Source of the DNA: Eledone cirrhosa | Lineage: Eukaryota | NCBI GenBank assembly: GCA_964016885.1 | Contig: OZ024748.1 | Coordinates: 57,474,001-57,538,000, forward strand | DNA: 64,000 nt | Reading direction: 5' to 3' | Shown here: piece after piece, positions 55,675 through 64,000 of the stretch | Layout: each line of letters begins with the position of its first letter | Numbering within the stretch: the stretch's first letter is position 1 | Translations under genes and position numbers: made by a program | The notes under the pieces: model-generated | The model's database searches: none | What the model was told of the DNA's origin: nothing | What the model saw: only the letters and a program-made list of their open reading frames with translations

Positions 55675-55915
55675 TGACCTAATAGTAAAGACACTTGCCA
55701 TACAATCGTAATGTCGTTAGTTCAATTCTTGGTTAGGCTGCTGCGTTGTGTCCTTGAGCAAACACTTTATTTCACATTTCTCCAGTACACTTAGCTGAGA
55801 GGGAGTACGAGTAGTTGCAGGGAAATTAATCCTGCGGTAGACCGGCGTCATATCCGGGGAATTAATCCTGCGGTAGACCGGCGTCATATTCAGGGAGACT
55901 CTTATACTCTCTCTC
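55675..55915 (+). mobile_element. CORE-like SINE with ~37-bp tandem duplication
   Basis: GTGTCCTTGAGCAAAACACTTTATTTCAC...; AATTAATCCTGCGGTAGACCGGCGTCATAT occurs twice. Confidence 0.75.
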
Positions 55916-56936
55916 TCTTCTTTTCTACCTGTTCCTGAGAGGTTTGTGGGGGCAGAGTCCCCAAACACTTCCTCCAGCGAGTTTTTTCAGAAGCAAACGT
56001 CTCCAACTGATTCGGCTGGATCCCCAAGCTCATGGAACCCCTGGTTCTCTTACTTGTTGGATTTTCCCATAAAATCGGTCTAGCAATTCATTACAGAGAC
56101 ATCCTAATCACATTATACTCTCCGTCACTTAGCACCAACGAAATTGGGAATAAGCACCTGCCTGATGAGCCTTCAGCTTAGAACAATCCTTTTATGACAA
56201 AAACTTGAACACTTCAATGACAGCTAAGGTGCTATTTCGTAACGGTAAATATGATGCAGATGATATATATCCTGAGAGTAGAGGCACTGTTTTGTCTAGT
56301 ACGTATTTACTAATAACTACTATATGAGGATGATTTTGTTCAGAATTGAAATTATAGACCTTGAAATAAACTTCAACTGCTGTGGAGGTGAGAGTTCAGT
56401 TTTTCATTAAGATCTTGTTATGTTGTTGTAAGGGGCCGTTATAGAGGATTATACATGTCTATGGCAAGCAGATGTTTCCATTTTATAATATTTTACCAAG
56501 TTCTTGATTAGAGATTTAATTACCAATAGTTGACCAAATAATTTCAATGGAAAATTAATTTTCTTGCTTCTAAATTTAATTTGATCAATAACTTCTCATC
56601 AAATGATTGAAGCAGATTGGTCATAGGTGGAAATGTAAACTTTGTCGATAATTCGTGAAATCTACTGGTTACAGTAAGATTATTGAGAAATTAAAATATA
56701 ATTGTAATTATATATAATATCTGGCGAGCTGTTTCATCTGAGCAGAGAAAATTCTGCTATGTAGTACAGTGCCGGGAAGAAGCAACAGATTATTATCAGC
56801 TATCCAACCTCCTAATTCCAACAAGAGACCTTTAACATGAAAATATATACAGTACTCCCTTTCTTAAAGGAAGTTGTGCCTATTAGAATTAGTCCCCTTT
56901 TCACTCTCTCTCTCTCTCTTTCCATCTCCGTCTCAG

Positions 56937-56987
<51 letters not shown>

Positions 56988-57491
56988 AGTATATACAATA
57001 GAAAAAGATGGATGGAAAACGAATGATCAATTGGACTGTTATTTTAACCTTATATGGTGATCTTTCTCTTAGGTTTTATTTCCTTGAAAGCTAGAAATGG
57101 TAAGTAGCATTCTGCTGTCTTTTAGCTCTTTGTATTATATATCCAATCAATCATCTTAATCATTGATCGAACATCTATTTATGCAGAGCTAGCTCAACAC
57201 ATCAATCTTGCTAACTCTTATTTTGTTCAATATTCTTCACCGATGCCTTGCATTCTATAAGGCATTTCTGTAGCTATATTTCTATTGTAATGTATTGAGA
57301 TTGTCTAAGTATTTTTTACATTATATATATTTATAATGTGTGTGATGATGTTAGGTAGGTATGCATACATGCATATTGCTTGATGGATGTAAGAAACCAA
57401 ACATGTTTTAAAACACATGCACACTCCACACATACATACATACAACTATAATTCAATGAACTGATTCCATCTTTATTTTTCATTAAACACG

Positions 57492-57529
<38 letters not shown>

Positions 57530-57533
<4 letters not shown>

Positions 57534-57744
57534 TTTGTTTTGCAAGGTGTTTGATATGAAATCGTGTGTCGAAACAAATATTGTTATACTTGGGGAGGGT
57601 CATATTGTAATAATATTGCCAGAAATGATAACAGAACACATTCACTGTTTCGTTGGTTTTCGCATCTGTATCTTTTATATCTTCATAGTTAATTTATTTG
57701 GCAATCAACGTTTATCATTGATTGACCAATGGCTAAAAATACAG

Positions 57745-57777
<33 letters not shown>

Positions 57778-57925
57778 GTAATAATAATAAATTTGAAGAC
57801 TAAAATCCAAAGAGGGCCCGATAAGATCCCGTTAAGGATGAAAGCAGCGATTCTTTGCTTAAAATTTAATCTGTTATTTTAATAAATAAATAAATATATA
57901 TATATTGTCTATCTATATATATGAT

Positions 57926-57966
<41 letters not shown>

Positions 57967-57979
57967 CATATATATAGAT

Positions 57980-58016
<37 letters not shown>

Positions 58017-58222
58017 TATATATATATATAGACTATATATATATATATATATCTGTATTTTTAGCCGTTGATCAATCAATGATAAACGTTGATTGCCAAC
58101 TAAAATAACTATGGAGATATAAAAGATACAGAAGCGAAAACCAACGAAACAGTGAATGTGTTCTGTTATTATTTCTGGCAATATTCTTACAACAATATGA
58201 CCCACCCAATTATAACAATATA
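57530..58222. mobile_element. Inverted pair of PLE 3'-terminal segments separated by TA-rich repeats and a second fold-back fragment
   Basis: 57580-57748 is the reverse complement of 58050-58222; homologous to 40805-40982. Confidence 0.8.
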
Positions 58223-58227
58223 TATAT

Positions 58228-58423
58228 AGGAAATGAGTCGACCCCGACGGTTGAGCTCCGGCCGTTTCGGCAGATAGATCCGAGTTCGGATCTAACATCG
58301 AAACGGCCGGAGCTCAGCCGTCAGGGTCATGACTCTTTTCCTATTACCCATTCTACTACTTAAGTATTGAGTACGCTGGTGCTTATGGCCCATCTGGTAT
58401 CTTATCACACCCTCTTTGTTATA
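58228..58423. mobile_element. Short fold-back element (7103/13015 family)
   Basis: ~115-bp hairpin centred on AGATCCGAGTTCGGATCT plus shared tail. Confidence 0.8.
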
Positions 58424-58426
58424 TGT

Positions 58427-58809
58427 ACGAGGGTAATCCCAAAAGTAAGGTCTCCAAACTGATGGGGACGCAGAGAAACTGTTCGCAAGGGTGTTGGCAA
58501 CACTGTTGTGATTGGTGCTTCCTTCACTTCCAAACAAGCATGCGCACGCTTCGTTGGGATGCTCAATCTTGGCTTGGCAGCCGTTCAAAATGGAACTCCC
58601 GTTGAACGCTACCGCCAAGTGCGAATTTAACGTACTTATTATAGACGAGGGCAATCCCAAAAGTAAGGTCTCCTTCCGAGGAAAATATGCGTAAAAAGAC
58701 GGCGGATCACTCTGAATGCACTCTGCATTTTGGTTCCTGAGGTTTCCCGAAGCACCTTTCACAGGATCATAACGGAAAAGTTGCAATATCGGAAGGGATT
58801 GCCCTCGTA
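58427..58809 (+). mobile_element. Internally rearranged mariner derivative
   Basis: TA CGAGGGTAATCCCAAAAGTAAGGTCTCC left TIR, second left-TIR copy at ~58645, right end GGGATTGCCCTCG TA; transposase start MELPLNATAKCE. Confidence 0.78.
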
Positions 58810-58812
58810 TAT

Positions 58813-58901
<89 letters not shown>

Positions 58902-58904
58902 GGC

Positions 58905-59777
58905 TTATTGCAGCTGCACCTCTTTGAAGACCCGGACGTGTTCTCCTTTCGACGCCAAATGCAGCGCTTTCTTCTCCCTCGTTCGGTTGATGACGACCTT
59001 TGCCCTTACCAGACGATGATCACTGCCAGTGTTGAATGGCGTTATGACGGAGACGTCCTGTAGTATGCGTCGCTTGTCGACCAAGATGTAGTCAATCTCG
59101 TTTCGGTGCTCAGAATTTGGCGATACCCAGGTCCATCTCTTCTTCTTCTTCTTCTTCTTTTTCTTTTTCTTTTTCTTTTTCTTCTTCTTCTTCTTCCTGA
59201 ATAGTCTGTTTCCGATGTAGAGCCGTCTCGCCTCCGCCATGGTGACCAGACACTCTCCTCTCTCATTTCGCACTCCTAGGCCGAATTTTCCTACATACTC
59301 TTCCCCTTGCCGTTCCTGTCCGACCCTTGCGTTGAAGTCTCCCATCACGACGGTGTAAGTGGACTTCACAGCTAGTACTTTGTCTAGCTGGCGATAGAAT
59401 TCTTCCACCTCATCGTCGTCGCTGACACTTGTGGGCGCGTAGGTCTGGACGATCTTGAGGGTGGCCTTCCCTGAGAGGTTCACGTTCAGTACACTGTGAC
59501 GATATGAACTTGTAATAAGCGACCTTCGAAGCCCATTCCTTGCTTACGATCAACCCTATACCTCCGACCGATCTAGCACCCTCTGCTTTCCCGAGTCTCA
59601 AAGCGTATCCATCTTGCCATCGCGAACTCGCCTCCTTCTTCTGGCGGGTCTCGCACAGCCCTAACACGTCGCACCTGATCTTCTTCTTCTGCTCCATTAG
59701 GTGGTTCAGTCCTTGCCCCCCCATCAGTCTTTGCCATTATGCAGGAAAAGTGGCATCAAAACGAGTTGGTAGCCACC

Positions 59778-59782
<5 letters not shown>
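58905..59782 (-). mobile_element. RTE-clade LINE 5' portion, AP endonuclease domain (frameshifted)
   Basis: [60 protein letters not shown]. Confidence 0.92.
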
Positions 59783-59817
<35 letters not shown>

Positions 59818-59896
59818 CTATATATATAAAAATATATATATATGTGTATATATATATATATATGTGTGTCTATATATATATATATATATGAATATA

Positions 59897-59948
<52 letters not shown>

Positions 59949-59952
59949 TATA

Positions 59953-59983
<31 letters not shown>

Positions 59984-59990
59984 GAATATA

Positions 59991-60025
<35 letters not shown>

Positions 60026-60400
60026 GAGTATATATATATATATATATATATGAGTATATATATATATATATATGAGTATATATATATATATATATATATG
60101 AGTATATATATATATATATGAGTATATATATATATATATATATGAGTATATATATATATATATATATGAGTATATATATATATATATATGAGTATATATA
60201 TATATATATGAGTATATATATATATATATATATGAGTATATATATATATATATATGAGTATATATATATATATATATGAGTATATATATATATATATATA
60301 TGAGTATATATATATATATGTGTATATGAATATATATATATATACATATATATACACACACATATATATGTACACACACGTATATATATATATATATATA
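59781..60400. repeat. (TA)n array punctuated by TGAG/TGAA
   Basis: Direct inspection. Confidence 0.97.
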
Positions 60401-61217
60401 CCTACATATATCTAGAAGAATGTATGCAAATATCTATTGTTTTAATTAAAAATTCTTTAATATATATGTGTATACTTATATATACATATACACACACATT
60501 CATTTTTTGGGTTATACACACACTTACACATACGCACTCGTTTATATAAAGTCTTATATTCCGGTATGCAAATTTTATTTCTTAATGACATATCTGCAAT
60601 ACAATTCCATGTATCATTTTATAAATTTTTCATCGGAAATATAAAGAAATCATTCATATACCGCATGGGTTATGTATCGTGTATCGAACTTCAATATATA
60701 AAATATAGTATCTAGGTTAGACTGGTAACCTTTAAGTTTCTGTTTCGTAAAAGAGTACGTTTCATTTAGATTGATCATTTTTGCTTGTCAGGTGGTCTAT
60801 ATGTCATGGACATATAGCAATCAGTGTGTGTGTGTTTTGAACTTTGGTCGGTTGCGACGTCCTGTGTTACAAACAAATGAGCTGATCACCGACACGAGTA
60901 CTCTTAACGTATTTCTCAATAAGATTCAGCGTATCAGCTATGGCATAATGAAATAAATTACCATGCTATAGGACACACAGCATCTAAGAAATTGAATTTC
61001 ATTACTTCACTCTTGTGAACCGGACATTATATCAACTATATCCATGTCATTATCAATAACAACGTAGATACATTTGTATACATTCACAAGTTGAATTGAA
61101 GCTAGAGCATAAAAACAAGCTATATACAGCTCCTTACATCGAAATAATACTAAATACTGAAAAAACTATTGTACGATTATTTGATTTCTAGTTTCATGCG
61201 GTTATTGATTTCTAGTA

Positions 61218-61410
61218 AGGGCGGTGGATTGGCAGTATCGGTAGAGGATCGGACGCCATGCTTTGACGTATAGAGTTACGGCCCTTGCCATTCTGACTTC
61301 AAATCCCGCCGAGGTTAACTTTGCCTTTCATCCTTATGGGGTTGAGAAAATAAAGTACCAGTAATACACTGGGTAATTGCTGGCCTTGTGCCAAAAGTAG
61401 AAACAATTAT
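61218..61410 (+). mobile_element. Meta-domain-like SINE with TSD
   Basis: TTATTGATTTCTAGT on both sides. Confidence 0.9.
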
Positions 61411-61667
61411 TGATTTCTAGTTTCATAGGAAGCAGCTTTGAATGATGAACACACAAAGTTGGAATAAATTCCAAAAGGCTCTTTCGTCCACCGCTCTAAA
61501 TATTTCACCAATCCACCGCGCTGGACAGTACTTTGTTTTATCGACGCTCAAAGAAGAAATGACACAGCTAAACTCGGTGGGATTTGATCTGTGAGCTCAT
61601 ACATACGAAGCAAATAATACAAGGCAGTGTATCATGCGCTAATGACATTATTATTAATAATAACTAT

Positions 61668-62080
61668 AGGGTGGTAGATTGGCAATATCAGTAGAGGGTC
61701 GGAAGCCATGCTTTGCAGTATTGAGTTACGGCTCTTTACGTTCTGAGTTCAAATCCCACCGAGGTTAACTTTGCCTTTAATCCTTACGGGATCGATAAAA
61801 TAAAGTACTGCACTGGGATAATTGCTGGCCTTGTGCCTATATAAGAAACCATTATCATTATTATTGTTGTTACTGTTATTATTAGTAGTAGTAGGGCGCA
61901 GGATTGGCAGTATCAGTAGAGAGTCAGACACCTTGATTTGCAGAATAGAACTATGTCCCTTTACGTTATGAGTTCAAATCCCGCCGAGGCTAACTTTGCC
62001 TTTCATCCTTACGGGGTTGATAAAATAAAGTACTGCACTGGGATAATTGCTGGCCGTGTGCAAAAAGTAGAAACAATTAT
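61668..62080 (+). mobile_element. Two tandem Meta-domain-like SINEs
   Basis: Copies 61668-61852 and 61893-62078 share the AAAGTACTGCACTGGG deletion variant. Confidence 0.88.
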
Positions 62081-62629
62081 TAATAATAACTAATGATGAT
62101 TTATAATGATCATCACATAATAATAATTTCTAACTTATGTATTACACCAAGAATGTGCAAGGAAGAGTTAATCAATTAAAGTAAGCACTGTACTTTATTT
62201 GTAATTTAATTTACCATCTCCACCAAATATATGACAATTTCATGTATATTTAATCCAAAAACGTAATGAACGGAACTGGATTCAGTTCTTCACAGTTTAT
62301 GTCAGGATATAGATTTTGCCACCACAAACCGTAGCGAGGCTTATTCTAATAAAGTATGTTAAGGCATTTTAGAATCTCCACCGTTGGGGCATCTCTTTTA
62401 TGACTAGGAGCCCCTTATAAAATGTGTTCTATAGATTTCTGCTTTATATTGTATTGGATATCCACCAGTTCAGTTAAGATGTGCTCCAATTTTTGCCGAA
62501 CGAAATAGCTTGCTCATGAAATTGTGGCTCTGTTTTCCACAGTTACGTGTACCCTTATCGTAGTTCTCACATATATTCAGCATGACAGAAAGTATGGCAA
62601 TGGTGAACATTTGATCTGCAAACACAACT

Positions 62630-62765
62630 CATTTTTTAAAGCTTAGTGAACTGGAGTAATGTGAAATAAAGTATCTCCCCAAGGACACGAGGCACCACCG
62701 GGAAACGAACTCAAAAAGATACGATCGTCAATCGTATATACTAACCACTAATTCATGCACACTCA
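62630..62765 (-). mobile_element. Old CORE-like SINE
   Basis: GAACTGGAGTAATGTGAAATAAAGTATCT...CAAGGACAC. Confidence 0.65.
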
Positions 62766-63122
62766 CATGTTGTCGAAAGAGACATTCTTTCGTCGGCAAA
62801 GAAAATACATCCTGTGACATTTATTTAGTCATGTCAACTTACTGCTGATTGTTAAGTGTGATGAGTAGAGAAGCAAAGAATTATTACTGACGAAATACGA
62901 TCCATTAACTTCAGAGTTGATTTCGAGCTATCATGTCAAAACGATATTGATATTTTAATAGTCACAACGACTAAATTGTCCGACTGACAGCTCGCTGTCA
63001 ACGTTACTCCCATCCACTACCATCTAACAATTGTGTCTTTACATCATAATATATATATATATATATTCATACATACGCACATATACATGTATGTACACAC
63101 TCACTCACACACACAGGCGCGT

Positions 63123-63165
<43 letters not shown>

Positions 63166-63954
63166 CATGTATGTGTTTGCCAAAATGCATCCGAATACAC
63201 ACATGTATACACAATTGTCCCCCCTTGTTATTTGAAAAAGCTTCAAACATCGGGAGTGAAAGTCAATACAAATAGCAATTTAATTAAAATAGCCTCTAAT
63301 CCTAAGGTTGCTATGCAAATACTTTATTGCTTCTGTAATGTGTATGCAACCAAAGTTGAGACTTAAATGTTTAATAAGCTTAGAGATGCTAAGTAGAATT
63401 CTGTGCGAACTAAACTACCGTTCGACGTATTGGTGTATTACGAATCTTTTAGAATGTATCAAACTGATAGAAAACAGATCATGTAGTTAATGAGAGGACT
63501 GTCAAAGACTGCAAATAATGGTAGTTTGAATAGTTGTCTTGCTTCTAGGAGTGCTATATATCGATTTTTATCTTGATTACGTTAAACAGAGAAAGAAAAT
63601 TGTTTAGGGCAAAGGGTTACAGTTAATTGTATTTTCCTTAATAACTTACTGGTTCATCTATTATTGATCTTGAACAAATTTTCGAATTGCAAGCGGAATT
63701 ACATGCCGAAAATTTGATAACGTTTGAGAGCGTAAGAAAAAGTTTAGGATAAATACTATTTATAATTTTGTTTAGTTGTCTCTTGTCATTGTGTTGTGGT
63801 TGTTGCTGTTTTTTTAAATCCTTTCCCATTCATGCACGTATAATACAGCTAGTTGATTAGAAAGCTTGGTTTGATACTATGATGAAGGATTTTACTTCAC
63901 GACCACTTTATTTCGAATTCACTCACACTTAAACAATATATGTGAGGAGAACTT

Positions 63955-64000
<46 letters not shown>

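Noticed and set aside
59725-59782. HDV-like ribozyme at the RTE 5' end
   Set aside because: Only a single hairpin; nested double pseudoknot could not be built

Overview
AT-rich, microsatellite-dense animal genomic DNA. The SINE types and repeat landscape suggest a cephalopod (octopus-like) genome; this is inference. No host protein-coding gene can be confidently supported, and almost all ORFs in the track, including the 1100-aa YIYI ORFs, are microsatellite artefacts. Real coding remnants are all transposon-derived: a near-intact R4/Dong-clade RLE non-LTR retrotransposon with one frameshift, three Penelope-like (PLE) GIY-YIG 3' ends, a Helitron with a PIF1 helicase remnant and both termini, RTE LINE fragments and a mariner derivative. 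There are also hAT and Tc1/mariner-type MITEs, about 20 SINE copies and a tRNA-like sequence. The most striking pattern is a set of minimal type I hammerhead ribozymes and 10 or more short fold-back elements from several unrelated families, all inserted in (TA)n. Their inversion point repeatedly falls in or next to hammerhead stem II. One of them is a non-coding ~540-nt unit whose inverted arm crosses the end-to-start junction, as expected from a circular or tandem RNA template (retrozyme-like). Coordinates were read by eye and may be off by a few bases.
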